A stretch of 64,000 nucleotides of DNA from NCBI GenBank assembly GCA_035193785.1, contig CP136572.1, positions 4,372,578 through 4,436,577 of the forward strand, written 5' to 3'. The stretch's first letter is position 1; every line of letters begins with the position of its first letter. Source of the stretch: Planktothrix sp. GU0601_MAG3. GTDB taxonomy: Bacteria > Cyanobacteriota > Cyanobacteriia > Cyanobacteriales > Microcoleaceae. The notes beneath the pieces were generated by a model that ran no database searches, had not been told where the DNA came from, and saw nothing but the letters and a program-made list of their open reading frames with translations. This document shows, piece by piece, positions 1-11,731 of the stretch. Made by a program: the position numbers and the translations under genes.

Positions 1-28
1 CTTAAGTCTAGGTTGTCATCGGTTTGGC

Positions 29-3000
29 ATGGATATTGGCTTACTAGGAAAAGTTTTTGCTGACCGATATGAAGTAATTTCTTCCTATCTTGCCGATGAT
101 TTTCCCTTTGGATTTGCCAAGGGGGATACCTTAGCTATTGAACAAACTTTTGAATGGGAAGCCTTAAAAACAGAGGATGTTGTTTGTTTAGAATCGATTA
201 AACAATCACCTTGGAAAGACCATCGGGCCTATCAAACCCGACGTTTAGAAGCCTATATTGGTATCCGGGTAATGGTGGGAGGAAGGGTCTATGGAACCCT
301 AAGTTTTATGAGTCCCAATTCCCGCGCCTCGTTTCAAGAATTGGATTTAGAAATTATGCAATTGATGGCAAATTATATTGGAAATGAAATTGCTAGGGAT
401 CATGCCCAAGAGATTCTCCAACAACAAAATCAACATTTATTATTACTCAAAGAAATTACCCATAAGGTGCGTTCTAAATTAGATACACAAGAAATTTTTC
501 AAACTACTGCCACCCAAATTGGTAGAATTTTTGGGGTGAATCGCTGTTCAATTTATACCTATCGATCTGACCCCTATCCCCATTTATCTTGTGTGGCAGA
601 ATATCTGGAATCCGGTTATGATTCGACCTTGAATTTTGAAATTTCCGTGAGTTATAATCCCTATATTGAAAAACTTCTGGCTGAAGATCAAGCGATCGCT
701 TCGGTGGATGTTTTTACCGAACCTTTATTAGAATCCTCTGCCCCGATGTGTCGGCGCATGGGCTTAAAATCAATGTTAGCAGTTCGGACTTCCTATCAAG
801 GAGATGCTAACGGGATTATGATGCTGCATCAATGCGATAAAATGCGGCAATGGATACCGGAAGAAATTGAATTTTTAGAAGATGTTGCCAATCAAGTTGG
901 ATTAACTTTAGCCCAAGCTAAACTATTAGAAGCCGAGGTAAAAAATCGTCAACAATTAGCTGAACAAAATAAAGATTTAGAAGAAGCTAGATTAGCAGCA
1001 GAAGTGGCGAGTCGGGCTAAAAGTGAATTTCTGGCTACCATGAGTCATGAAATCCGCACTCCCATGAATGCGGTGATTGGGATGACCGGGTTACTATTAG
1101 ATATGAATTTAACCCCGGAAACAATTGGATTTTGTCGAAACCATTCGCACCAGTGGCGATGCTTTATTAACTATTATTAATGATATTTTAGATTTTTCTA
1201 AGATTGAATCGGGTAAATTAGATTTAGAAACCAATCCGTTTAAACTGCGAGAATGTTTAGAAGAATCCCTAGATTTACTTTCAGGAAAAGCCGCAGAAAA
1301 AGGTCTGGAAATTGCCCATTTAATCGAACCTTCTACCCCCCAAATTATTTTGGGAGATGTCACCCGACTGCGCCAAGTTTTAGTTAATTTACTCAGTAAT
1401 GCGGTGAAATTTACCGCCGAGGGAGAGGTAGTTGTTTCGGTGAAAGCTTCGGAGGTCACAAATCTTCCCCTTAATATTAACACCGCCCCAACCATAGCCC
1501 ATAAAATTTATGATATTCAGTTCGCGGTTAAAGATACTGGAATTGGGATTCCTGCTGATCGGATGGATCGTTTATTTAAAGCCTTTTCTCAGGTCGATGC
1601 CTCCACTTCTCGTCAGTATGGAGGCACGGGTTTAGGATTAGCAATTAGTCAACGATTATGTGAAATGATGGGGGGACAAATGTGGGTGGTTAGTCGATCT
1701 CAATCCGATTTTAATACTGACAATCAATCGTTGATTTCGACAATGACGGGCGATCCTCCCGATAATTTTGTTGAGGCGTTTGAGTTAAATACGGGTTCAA
1801 CTTTTTACTTTACTATTCGGGCGGAAGCAATTTCCAAAATTGAAGCGAATGAGCTCCCCGGTTTGCTAATGGGTAAGAGATTATTAATTGTGGAAAACCA
1901 TGGGATTAATCAAACGGTTTTAATTCGACAAGCTAAATCTTGGGGCATGGTTCCTGTTTCGGTAAAAACCGGACATGAAGCCTTAAATGTGTTAAAAAAT
2001 AATCCCGATTTTGATTTGATTATTTTAGGCATGAATTTGGCTGATATTGATGGGATTAATTTAGCAAAACGGATTCGAGATTGGGAACGAAGCCGTGCAG
2101 AAATATTCCCCGAACAGAAACCGATTAATATTACCTTCTTTAATTATGTGGTGAATACCGATTTAGTCAAGCAGGTAGAACGCAGTAATATTGATTGTGC
2201 CGGGTTTATTAATAAACCCTTGAAACAATCACAATTTTATAATACTTTGCTTCAGATTTTGGGTGAGTCTATAGAAAGTGCTATTCAAGAAACCTGGGAA
2301 ATCTTTAGGAGGATCGAATATCCTATCTGTTACTCCTTCTAGTAATTTAAAAATTTTGCTGGCAGAAGATCATGTTGTTAACCAAAAAGTAGCAATTCAA
2401 ATGTTACAAAGATTGGGATATCGTGCGGATATTGCTGGGAATGGATTGGAGGTTTTAGACGCTTTAAATCGACAATATTATGATGTAATTTTGATGGATG
2501 TTCAAATGCCCTTAATGGATGGTTTAGAAACCTCCCGTCGCATTTGCGAAGAATATGCCAATCGTCCCAATAAACCTTGGATTATTGCGATGACTGCTAA
2601 TGCCATGCAAGGCGATCGGGAAATGTGTTTAGCCGCGGGTATGAATGATTATATTACTAAACCTGTGCGTCGGGAAGAACTCGCCAAAGCCCTATCCCAA
2701 TGTCAACCAATTCAGAATGGAAATGGTTATAAATCCTTAGAAAATTTATCGAATTTTGCCAGTAACGGACATTCTAATTCATCCTCTGAATATCCGGCTA
2801 ATTCTAATGGTAATGTGCCAGAATCTTCGGCTATTGATCCACAAGTATTAGAAAATTTAAGGGAATATGATGATGATGATGATCCCTTTGTCAATAGCTT
2901 AATTCAGGATTATTTAGCCGATACTCCCCAAAAAATTGCCCAAATTCAAACGGCAATCAAAACCCAAGATATCCAAGGGTTAAAAGAAGCTTCCCATACC

Positions 3001-3228
3001 CTAAAATCCAGTAGTGCTCAATTGGGCGCCCTCACTTTTTCCGAGTTATGCAAGGAGTTAGAATATATGGGACGGGTAGGAATGGCCGCAGAAGATGGCA
3101 CGAGTCTGGAATGTTTTACATCGGGAAAAGCCGCCATCGGGTTATCTAAAATGGAAGCGGAATGGTTAAGAGTCAAAGCCACTTTAGAACAGGAATTATC
3201 TAAGGAAACCCTGAATGTACATAATTAA
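29..3228 (+). CDS. Hybrid sensor histidine kinase (GAF-GAF-HisKA-HATPase-REC-REC-Hpt), probably 5'-truncated by the window edge; split by 2 frameshifts
   Basis: H-box '[18 protein letters not shown]', N/G boxes 'LLSNAVKFT' and 'DTGIGI...GGTGLGL', REC '[10 protein letters not shown]', Hpt 'SHTLKSSS'. The three ORFs join if one A is removed at GAAAC 1118 and 2289. Confidence 0.9.
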
Positions 3229-3315
3229 GAATTGTTTATTTTTGATGCTTAACTATTGACGTTCTTTTGTTAATTATTTAGAATAAATTATTAGGAAAAA
3301 AATTAAATTTTAAGT

Positions 3316-4366
3316 ATGATTCCTGTAATTTTGGCTGGCGGAAAAGGTGAACGGTTTTGGCCCCTAAGTCGGAAACATCGACCCAAACAATTTTTGAGTT
3401 TAGATGGTAGTGGGATTAGTTTATTACAGGCCACCGCAGAACGGTTATTACCTTTAACCGAAAGTTGGGAGGGTTTATGGGTGGTAACTTCGGCTTTATT
3501 GGAGTCAGGAGTTCAAACTCAACTCCCCCAATTACCCCACCCCAATATTTTAGCAGAACCGGAAGGACGAGACACCGCCGCCGCCTTGACCTGGACAACT
3601 TTAGAAGTAGCAAAACGTTATGGGGAAGAAGCGGTAATTGGGTTCTTTCCGGCGGATCATTGGATTGCGGAAACCGGAGAAATTTCGCCAAACTTTAAAG
3701 GCGGCGGAAGTATTAGCAAAAACCCAAGATGTGATTGTTACTTTAGGAGTAAAACCCACCTATCCTTCCACCGGATATGGTTATATTGAACAGGGGGAAG
3801 AAATTGGAATTTTTGACGGATTTCCCGCCTATAAAGTGGCTCGTTTTACCGAAAAACCCAATCGAGAAACGGCTGAAAATTTTTTAGAAACCGGGCGATT
3901 TAGTTGGAATGGTGGAATTTTTGTGTTTCGGGTAGGGGTGGTTTTAGCTGAATTAAAAACCTATGTTCCTGAATTAGTTAGTGTGTTAGAAGCTAAGGGA
4001 AAAGACGCTTATCCTGAGTTGAAAAAAATTAGTATTGATTATGCTTTAATGGAAAAAACCCAGAAAGCCTGTGTTTTACCCGTTGAATTTGGCTGGGATG
4101 ATTTAGGGGATTGGAATGGGTTAGAAAGATTATTAGGGGGAGATAAACCTAACGTAGAACTGGTTAAACACGTCGGGTTAGATACCACAGGGACAATTTT
4201 ATTTAGCTCTAGTGATGAGGATGTGGTTGTAACTTTAGGGATTGAGGATTTAGTGATTGTGCGGGATGGCAATGTTACCTTAATTGCTAAAAAAGATCGA
4301 ACTCAAGATATTAAACAGGTGTTAAAAACCCTCGGGGATGATTCAGAATTTCAGAAACTTTTATAA
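3316..4366 (+). CDS. manC: Mannose-1-phosphate guanylyltransferase (frameshift at 3670)
   Basis: 'ILAGGKGERFWPLSR..PKQFL', 'TGYGYIE', 'FTEKP', 'SIDYALMEK', 'GWDDLG'. Confidence 0.88.
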
Positions 4367-4418
4367 GAGGGGAAAGGGGATAATTTTTGATTCCTAGATC
4401 AAAAGTTTCTCGAATCGA

Positions 4419-5456
4419 TTAAGCCACTGACCACAGGGTGGCATCTAAGGAATTTGTTAAAGGTGGAACCCGATCAATTATACCATATTCAGCCAGTTTT
4501 TCTGACATTTCTTGCCAACGGTTTGCCGAAATATAACCAATTTGATCGGGGTTAATTCCGTGGGTAAGATAATCAGCAATTAACTGTAAAGATTTAGTTT
4601 GATACTCTAAATTATGATATTTACTATCGGGTTTTATATAGGTATCAACCACAATTTGAGCAGTTTGATTAATATTATCAATGGCTAATTTCCATCCCGC
4701 AAAAGATGCTGTTAAAAACTGATTCACCCATTCAGGGTGATGGTCTAATAACTGTTGATGGGCAAAAATTACCTGCACATAGGCATCATATCCATAATCG
4801 CTAAATTTCAAAATATTGGGTTTAATTCCGGTTTTATATCTAAAATAAATTGGTTCATCAACAATATAACATTGAATGGCTGCTAATTCCCCACTTTGCA
4901 GTCGCTCATATTTATCTTGATAGGAAATCGGGACAATTTCAATGTTTTGGGATGATAAACCATTGGTATTAATTACTAATTCCATGATTTTTTTGATATC
5001 TCCATGAATACCAACTTTTTTTCCCACCAAATCCTTAAGAGAATGGATATTATTTTGGGGAATTGACATTAACCCTAAAGGAGAGGTTTGAAACATAGTT
5101 GCGATCGCTTTAACCGGATATCCTTGCACCTGGGCGGCTAAAATGATATCCTGTTCCCCACAGCCTAATATTAACGGATTCTCCGCTATTTGTTCAAATA
5201 CATTTCTATCTGAATTTACAGGTAGAATCTCAACCTTTAATCCCTGTTTTTGGTACAATCCATAATAATCTGCTAATAGTAACCCTGCAAATTGAACATT
5301 ATATTTCCAGTCCAACTGCATCGTTAAATGGGGAGTTGAAGTTGGAATAATATCAAGAATAGAGGTTGAAGGATTGGCTAAAATAGCCAGTCCTAAACCC
5401 CCACAATATTGTACAAAGTCTCGACGCGAAATTAATTCTATTTTCTGTTGACCCAT
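4419..5456 (-). CDS. ABC transporter substrate-binding protein, NMT1/THI5-like
   Basis: 'MQLDWKYNVQFAGLLLA...GLY...GL'; N-terminal 'SRRDF' twin-arginine-like motif. Confidence 0.75.
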   Translation of the reverse strand: MGQQKIELISRRDFVQYCGGLGLAILANPSTSILDIIPTSTPHLTMQLDWKYNVQFAGLLLADYYGLYQKQGLKVEILPVNSDRNVFEQIAENPLILGCGEQDIILAAQVQGYPVKAIATMFQTSPLGLMSIPQNNIHSLKDLVGKKVGIHGDIKKIMELVINTNGLSSQNIEIVPISYQDKYERLQSGELAAIQCYIVDEPIYFRYKTGIKPNILKFSDYGYDAYVQVIFAHQQLLDHHPEWVNQFLTASFAGWKLAIDNINQTAQIVVDTYIKPDSKYHNLEYQTKSLQLIADYLTHGINPDQIGYISANRWQEMSEKLAEYGIIDRVPPLTNSLDATLWSVA

Positions 5457-5460
5457 GGAT

Positions 5461-6714
5461 TTAATAGTTGATTTTCGGTGCGCGACCGATGAGACCTGTC
5501 ATTAATCTTAATGCCAAATAGCGGAATATTTGCACCTTGGTTAATACCCCTAATCCCAGGCGGCGTAAACTGACTTTTAGAGCCCAATCTCCTGAGAAAG
5601 TTCTATCTAAAAAATCCGTTAATCCTAAAACAATTAAATTCTCCTTTTGTCGCCAACCTTCATACCGTTTTAACACCCGTTTTTGCCCAATATCCTCTCC
5701 TTTTTGGGTCGCTATTTTCAACACATCTGCTAAAGCTCCCCCATCCCGAATTCCCATATTTAAACCCTGTCCCCCCACGGGATGACAACAATGGGCGGCA
5801 TCTCCAACTAAGGCTAATCGGTGTTGAATATAGCGATCGCTCTGCATTAATTGTACGGGATAAACATAGCGATCGCTCAATAATTCTAACTTTCCTAATA
5901 ATCCTCCCGTGCGATATTCTAATAACTTTAAAAACTCAGTTTCATCTAACTCCTTTAAAGCCTGGGCTTCCGCATGGGGAGCCGTCCACACCACTTGACA
6001 GCGATTTCCGGGTAGGGGTAAAACTCCCATGGGGCCGCTCGGCCAAAACCGTTCAAAAGCAATATTTTGATGGGATTTTTCCGTTTTAATCGTCATGGCA
6101 ATACAGGATTGCCAATATTTCCAACCGTGGGTTTTAATTCCCGCTTCTTCGCGTAATCGAGATTTAGAACCATCGGCTGCTACAACAATTTTACTATAAA
6201 ACGTGTTAAGATTACCTTGATTTTCGATTTCAATTTCTACAAAATCAGGATGATAATTAACATTCTTTAAACTAGCTGGACATTGCCAAGAAACATTCGG
6301 ACATTGGGCTAAAAATTCATACATTGCCGATAAAATTATCCCATGTTCACCGACATATCCTAATTCATCTGTCCCTAAATCTTTAGGCAAAAATTCCACT
6401 ACCCGAGGATAATCAGAATCACTCAAATTAATCTGATAAAAGGTCGTAATTTTTGTGACAATTTCATCCCAAACCCCAATGGATTTAAGAATACGTCCCG
6501 TTTGCAAAGTTAAGGCATAAGCCTGTTTTTTACTAATGGCAACCTCTGGCCGTTGGGATTCAACAATTGTTATTTTCAACCCCGAATCTTTCAACCCACA
6601 GGCTAAAGTTGCCCCAACAATTCCACCGCCAATAATAACGACATCATAATCGATCTTGGGTTTTGATGAATCGACCACGGAAGATTGAGTTTGTGAACGC
6701 GACTGCACCAGCAT
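5461..6714 (-). CDS. FAD-dependent hydroxylase, UbiH/COQ6 family
   Basis: 'DVVIIGGGIVG', 'VAADG..S', 'LVGDAAHCCHPVGGQGLNMGIRD'. Confidence 0.85.
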   Translation of the reverse strand: MLVQSRSQTQSSVVDSSKPKIDYDVVIIGGGIVGATLACGLKDSGLKITIVESQRPEVAISKKQAYALTLQTGRILKSIGVWDEIVTKITTFYQINLSDSDYPRVVEFLPKDLGTDELGYVGEHGIILSAMYEFLAQCPNVSWQCPASLKNVNYHPDFVEIEIENQGNLNTFYSKIVVAADGSKSRLREEAGIKTHGWKYWQSCIAMTIKTEKSHQNIAFERFWPSGPMGVLPLPGNRCQVVWTAPHAEAQALKELDETEFLKLLEYRTGGLLGKLELLSDRYVYPVQLMQSDRYIQHRLALVGDAAHCCHPVGGQGLNMGIRDGGALADVLKIATQKGEDIGQKRVLKRYEGWRQKENLIVLGLTDFLDRTFSGDWALKVSLRRLGLGVLTKVQIFRYLALRLMTGLIGRAPKINY

Positions 6715-6778
6715 TGTATTCTATGACTATATTTATAATTTGACTAGCTCTATTCTTACACAGTTATCAGTCATCAGT

Positions 6779-6805
6779 GTAGAGACGTGCCATGGCGCGT
6801 CTGTA
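6779..6805. repeat. GTAG-type REP-like palindrome (GTAGAGACGTGCCATGGCGCGTCT); related copies near 10276, 26410 and 39941
   Basis: Imperfect palindrome seen four times in intergenic DNA; the 6779 and 10276 copies also share the preceding atcagtcatcagt. Confidence 0.7.
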
Positions 6806-6916
6806 TTAGTTTATTACCTATTCCCCATTACCCGCTAACCATTACCCATTCGTAATTCGTAATTCGTAATTGCTATATGTCACAATAGAGGGAGTAAAGC
6901 CTTAATTCGTGAGACT

Positions 6917-8003
6917 ATGACCTTATTATTAGCCGGAGATATTGGGGGAACAAAAACAATTTTGCGCTTGGTGGATGGGACAGAAATTGTCAAAGGTAGC
7001 CAAACCCAAGAGCGATTAAAAACCCTCTATGAATCCCGGTATTTAAGTGGAGATTATCCCGATTTAGTTCCCATTGTACAACATTTTTTACAAGAAGTAA
7101 AGGAACAATTGGGTGAGAATTTGCATCCAGAAAAAGCCTGTTTTGCTATTGCGGGGCCAGTGGTTCATCAAACCGCCAAATTAACCAATTTACCTTGGCA
7201 TTTAGATGCTCAATATTTAGGATCAGAATTAGCCATTTCCCGGGTAACTTTAATTAATGATTTTGAAGCGGTGGGATATGGGGTTACGAGTTTACCAGAA
7301 AGCGATATTTTAGTTTTACAAAAAGGACAGCCACAGACAGATTCTCCTATTGGAGTAATTGGGGCAGGAACGGGCTTAGGACAATGTTTTGTGACACCTT
7401 TACTTAATAGAATCAAAGTCTATCCCTGCGAAGGAGGTCATACGGATTTTGCCCCCCGTTATGAATTGGAATTTCAGTTAATGAAATATTTATTAGCCAA
7501 ACATAGTATTGATCGAATATCCGTAGAAACGGGTGGTTTCTGGGCCGGGAATTATAGCGATTTATCAATTTTTACGCGATACTGCTACGCAACGCTGGCG
7601 CGATCGCAATATGGCTAAAGAATCTCCAGAAATTAGCGAAATTGTCAAGGAGTGGGAGCATCAAATTGGGTTAGCAGAAGTAACAGTTGATCCCGCCGCC
7701 GCCATTTCCCAAGCTGCTTTAGAAAAACGGGATCATCTATCAGAACAAACCATGCAGCTTTTTGTAGAATCCTATGGAGCAGAAGCGGGAAATTTGGCAT
7801 TAAAACTATTACCTTATGGCGGGTTATATATTGCTGGAGGAATTGCGCCTAAGATTTTACCCTTATTAGAAACTTTTGAATTTATGCAGGCTTTTTCTAA
7901 TAAAGGACGCATGAAACCCATCTTAGCTAAAGTTCCTGTTTATATCGTATTAAATCCCCAAGTAGGATTAATGGGGGCGGCGGTTTGTGCCGCAATTTTT
8001 TAA
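6917..8003 (+). CDS. glk: Glucokinase (frameshift at 7526)
   Basis: 'LLAGDIGGTKT', 'INDFEA', 'GAGTGLG', 'EGGH', 'GGLYIAGGIAPK'. Confidence 0.9.
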
Positions 8004-8015
8004 CCGTTAGAAATA

Positions 8016-8043
8016 GTAGGGGCAATTTATGAATTACCCCTAC
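8016..8043. repeat. GTAG REP-like palindrome, possibly a bidirectional terminator, between convergent genes
   Basis: gtaggggcaatttatgaattacccctac; a similar one lies near 19053. Confidence 0.6.
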
Positions 8044-8053
8044 TAACCCCAGA

Positions 8054-8875
8054 TTATTTGTCTTTCCAACTAGATAATGGAGGGGTTTCTATTAATGCTT
8101 GACTTAACCGTTCATGCAAATAACCATTAGTGGCTAAAATTCGACCCGAACCGATTTTAAATGGACTCGTATCATAGGCGGTGACTTTGCCTCCCGCTTC
8201 TTCTACTAATACAATTCCCGCCGCCATATCCCAGGGAGATAAACCCCTTTCCCAATAGCCATCTAAGCGTCCACAAGCCGTATGTGCCAAATCAATTGAT
8301 GCCGCCCCACTGCGACGAACTCCCTGGGTTAAATGGGTTAAATAGGCAAATTCAGCATAATTATTATCTGCCGTTTCTCGACGATCATAAGCAAAGCCCG
8401 TAACCAGTAAACTTTTATCTAAACTATCAGTTTTAGACACATTAATTAAACGATTATTGCAAGTTGCTCCTAAACCTTTAGCGGCTTGAAACAATTCATC
8501 ATGGAAGGGATCATAAATCACCCCCACTTGAGGCACTCCATTAATTAATAACCCAATAGAAGCGGAAAAAAACGGATATTGGTGGGCGAAATTCGTGGTT
8601 CCATCTAAAGGGTCAATAGCCCAAAGATAGGGACTTTTTAAATCACCCAATTCCCCCGATTCTTCAGTTAAAATTCCATGGTCAGGGACATGACGTTCCA
8701 ATACGGCTAAAATCGCCGCCTCCGATGCCTTATCCGCTTCGGTGACTAAATCCCCAGACCGTCCCTTTTCTTGAACATCTGTTAAATTTCCCAAATAGTA
8801 TTTCAAAACAGCACCCCCCGCCTGAGCAGCTAGGGTAGCAACATCCAAAAAAAACTGTAATTCGTTTTTAGTCAT
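8054..8875 (-). CDS. Inositol monophosphatase family protein (start MTKNELQ at 8875)
   Basis: 'DLVTEAD', 'WAIDPLDGTTNFAH', 'WDMAAG'. The ORF extension to 8947 reads through the IS end. Confidence 0.88.
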   Translation of the reverse strand: MTKNELQFFLDVATLAAQAGGAVLKYYLGNLTDVQEKGRSGDLVTEADKASEAAILAVLERHVPDHGILTEESGELGDLKSPYLWAIDPLDGTTNFAHQYPFFSASIGLLINGVPQVGVIYDPFHDELFQAAKGLGATCNNRLINVSKTDSLDKSLLVTGFAYDRRETADNNYAEFAYLTHLTQGVRRSGAASIDLAHTACGRLDGYWERGLSPWDMAAGIVLVEEAGGKVTAYDTSPFKIGSGRILATNGYLHERLSQALIETPPLSSWKDK

Positions 8876-10250
8876 CGAAAAAATGGGTCTGAAACCCCGT
8901 CCTTTAGCAAAGCGAAGGACGGCTTTACACAATCTTCTAAGTAACAATCAACCCGTTAGAAACGACGAATTAACTGTACTTTACTAGAAGCAATCTGCCC
9001 TAACCGTTTCCAGTTAGCATCGCTAACAGATACTTGTCTTTCGGTGTCTCCTGACACATAACCAACACCCTTGGGAGATTTAACCAAGTCCCCCTTACGG
9101 AATCCATGACGAGTTGTAGAACCTCCATACTTACGACGCACTCCGCCTTTTGCTGGGAGCATTAAGTGAAGTTGGCGACGAGAAAAAGGCGGTCTGTGAA
9201 TCACTCGGAATTGAGCAGTTGTAATTACAACATCACCAAACCAATTAGCACCATCAGTTTTTGCTGTATGATATTGGCGATACTCCACAAAAGCTGTTGC
9301 TGCAATAGCTACGCCATCAACTGCATGAGTATTAAATTCAGCCTTAGATTTGTCTGTTTTGTTCTTTTTTAACCCCAAGTATGTACGAGTTGATGAGGTT
9401 CGATAACCTTCAATCTTAACTACGGGTGCTAACTTTTCCAGTTGGTTACACATCCATTTTTGCCCAATCATGACAGGCGAGAAACCTTTGCCAGATTTCG
9501 CTTGTTTACGTCCACTGGTTAAGTCAACATCAGCTTTTACATACTCGAATCTAATTTCTGCAACTGGGTAGATTTTGAATAATTCGGAAACTATTCTCAA
9601 TTCCAATTGGCGATTAGCACGAATTGATGGAGCCAGTTTACCTTGGCGACGATTACTAAAACGTTTTTGGCGATGGTTGCGTTTTGAAAACTCAACCTTC
9701 CGGTTAATTCTTCTTCCTCTACGACCTCGACGCATTAATCGTCTTGTATCCATGCGTTCACGGACTGTCTGAAATGGCAAAATTAGATGAGCCGTATATA
9801 GTGTAAACTTAGCTGACTGAACACCGATCCCAGAGAATTTCTTGCCAGGGTCAATCCCAATCACAAGATTTTGGGTTGTGTATCCACTCGGCTCAACCGT
9901 TAATTGGAGATAAAATTGCCCACAGTCTGACCAGCGTTTAACTGCTTTTCCAGACTCAATCCACTTCCTAGCTCTCGCTGGTGTGGTTGGCATTAATGGC
10001 TTGTTGTCTTGAGCTACTACTGGGATTCGCATTTTGGTATAACCCAATTTCTTGTTTTAGTCTCTTCGCTCAACTCAATTAAGATGTTTTGGCTTTACCC
10101 AACACCTGAAACCAATCAGGTTTAGATTTTGTCCGAACTAGAGAAGTATTCGGAAGTCTGTACCCAATTGAGTCTCAATCAGCTATTCACTTCTTGCGTT
10201 GCCTAAATTGGTTTAAGCAATCCCCGCACTTTTAGGGCGGGGTTAGTGAA
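8876..10250 (-). mobile_element. Non-autonomous IS200/IS605-family element carrying IsrB and its omegaRNA (no tnpA)
   Basis: Subterminal hairpins at both ends: ccgtcctt...aaggacgg at 8897-8922 and ccccgcacttttagggcgggg at 10222-10242. It contains a single PLMP/RuvC ORF. Confidence 0.8.
8937..10032 (-). CDS. isrB: IsrB-type RNA-guided nickase (RRXRR/PLMP domain, split RuvC, no HNH)
   Basis: 'KPLMPT', RuvC-I 'GIDPG', Arg-rich bridge helix 'RRLMRRGRRGRR', RuvC-II 'RFEYV', RuvC-III 'HAVDG'; about 365 aa with no HNH or zinc-finger segment. Removing the extra base at 8959 restores the C-terminus ...IRRSNGLIVT*. Confidence 0.8.
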
Positions 10251-10270
10251 ATTATTTCGGTAATCAGTCA
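10045..10270 (-). ncRNA. Predicted omegaRNA (5' guide from flank 10251-10270, plus about 200-nt scaffold)
   Basis: Non-coding multi-hairpin region directly 5' of isrB, starting TTCACTAACCCCGCCCTAAAAGTGCGGGG; this is where IscB/IsrB omegaRNAs lie. Boundaries are inferred. Confidence 0.7.
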
Positions 10271-10314
10271 TCAGTGTAGAGACGTGCCATGGCGCGTCTC
10301 TAATCAGTAAACAG

Positions 10315-10440
10315 TAATTAGGGTTTCAGCTTAAAATATTCCTCCTCCCCCACTCCCCCACTCCCCCTGCTCCCCTACTCCCCTACTCCCCCTGCTCCCC
10401 TACTCCCCCTGCTCCCCTACTCCCCCTACTCCCCCTGCTG
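10315..10440 (+). repeat. 26-nt conserved head plus C-rich 8/9-mer tandem repeats (CTCCCC[C]TA/TG)
   Basis: taattagggtttcagcttaaaatatt followed by tandem ctccccctg/ctccccta; the same module recurs at 11732-11875. Confidence 0.8.
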
Positions 10441-11000
10441 TCGAAATTCCGTTGGTGTTAAACGCATGGGTTTCTCGGAGTTCCAAATGCCATTTCCCAT
10501 GAGTCGGGAATATTCTTGAGCATAGTTAAACCGTTGAGTATATTGAGTCTGGAAAACGGAAGTACCGGAGTTATAAATAGAGGCTGTTTCGGCTAAAACA
10601 TATCCCTCTTTCAGCAAATGTTCATTAATTAAAGTTCCGTCTAGCCAGATATAACCTGAGATGCGACCATAGCGATCTTTTGCGGTTAAATCTGCTTCTA
10701 ATAGGATTTTTTTACCCTCAGAAATTTGTTTTAAATGTTGTTTAGCTCTGATTCCCCAGGGATCTTGTTTTAGGTCGGGGGCAATAATTCCAGCGAGTCG
10801 AACCTGTTGCAATACCGGAATTTTACCCGTTTTATCGAGAATTTCCAGGGTTTGACCACTAATGACCCGTTCAACTTTGGTAAAAATGCCTTTCGGGAGG
10901 TCAGGTTGAGAACAACTGGTCAGCAGGAGCAACAAACCCAATACTATCGTGCCATACCATTTTCCTCGGAACCTGAAATCAACTTGATTAATCTTCGTCC
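10426..11000 (-). CDS. Thermonuclease (SNase-like) family lipoprotein; start uncertain
   Basis: 'VERVISGQTL', 'VRLAGI.AP', 'KDRYGR..GY', 'INEHLLKEGY', 'GIW'; lipobox-like 'LLTSC'. Confidence 0.75.
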
Positions 11001-11356
11001 AGGGGTAATCTGGTTTTAACTTTACCTTTACCAAAGTAGCGTCCGAACTGAAGTTCATACACTTCATCCTCGTCTTGGGTTTCCACAACTAAATCGGAGC
11101 GGGGATAACTGACACAGAGCAACGCATATCCCTGTTGCTGTAAGTCCGGGGAGAGTCCCATGGCCTCCGATTGCTGCAACTCCCCAGAAACCACCCGCAC
11201 CGCACAACTGGTACAGGCACCATTGCGACAGGAAAAGGGCAACTCCACCCCCTGATTTTCGGCACTTTGGAGAATATACCGATCTTCAGGAACGTTGACA
11301 TAAAAACGCTCACCCGTCTGACGATAATGAATTTCTACCCGATGGGAACTGGTCAT
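10988..11356 (-). CDS. 2Fe-2S plant-type ferredoxin with C-terminal extension
   Basis: 'LPFSCRNGACTSC...ALLCVSYPRSD', ending 'YELQFGRYF...LPLDED'. Confidence 0.88.
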   Translation of the reverse strand: MTSSHRVEIHYRQTGERFYVNVPEDRYILQSAENQGVELPFSCRNGACTSCAVRVVSGELQQSEAMGLSPDLQQQGYALLCVSYPRSDLVVETQDEDEVYELQFGRYFGKGKVKTRLPLDED

Positions 11357-11441
11357 AAAAAAAAATTTTCTGAGATCTTGTTGACTTTCCAAAATTTATG
11401 ATAGTATATATTTTCGTGGGTAAAAATCAAATATTCCACCT

Positions 11442-11528
11442 GGAGAGGTGGCCGAGCGGTTGAAGGCGCGACACTGGAAATGTCGTTTAGGGGTGACTTT
11501 AACGAGGGTTCGAATCCCTCCCTCTCCG
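11442..11528 (+). tRNA. tRNA-Ser(GGA)
   Basis: GGAGAGG acceptor stem, anticodon arm CGACA-CT-GGA-AA-TGTCG, long variable arm, GGTTCGAATCC T-loop; CCA not encoded. Confidence 0.95.
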
Positions 11529-11731
11529 TTTTTATAATGAAAGGGAACAGGGAACAGGGAACAGGGAACAGGCAAGAGGTGAAAAGAATTCATTTTAGCT
11601 TGCTTGGTAGTCTTTGTCCTGATCCCTTTATCTGTTGCTATACAAGCCGAGTGGGGAGGTTCTAGCTGGCGCGAATAATCTAATATTCCCTCCTGGCTAA
11701 AATCCTATAAAACAAATTCCGCAAACAGCAA

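Noticed and set aside
8876..8947. 24-aa N-terminal extension of the inositol monophosphatase
   Set aside because: It reads through the IS end hairpin; the start is more plausibly ATG at 8875.
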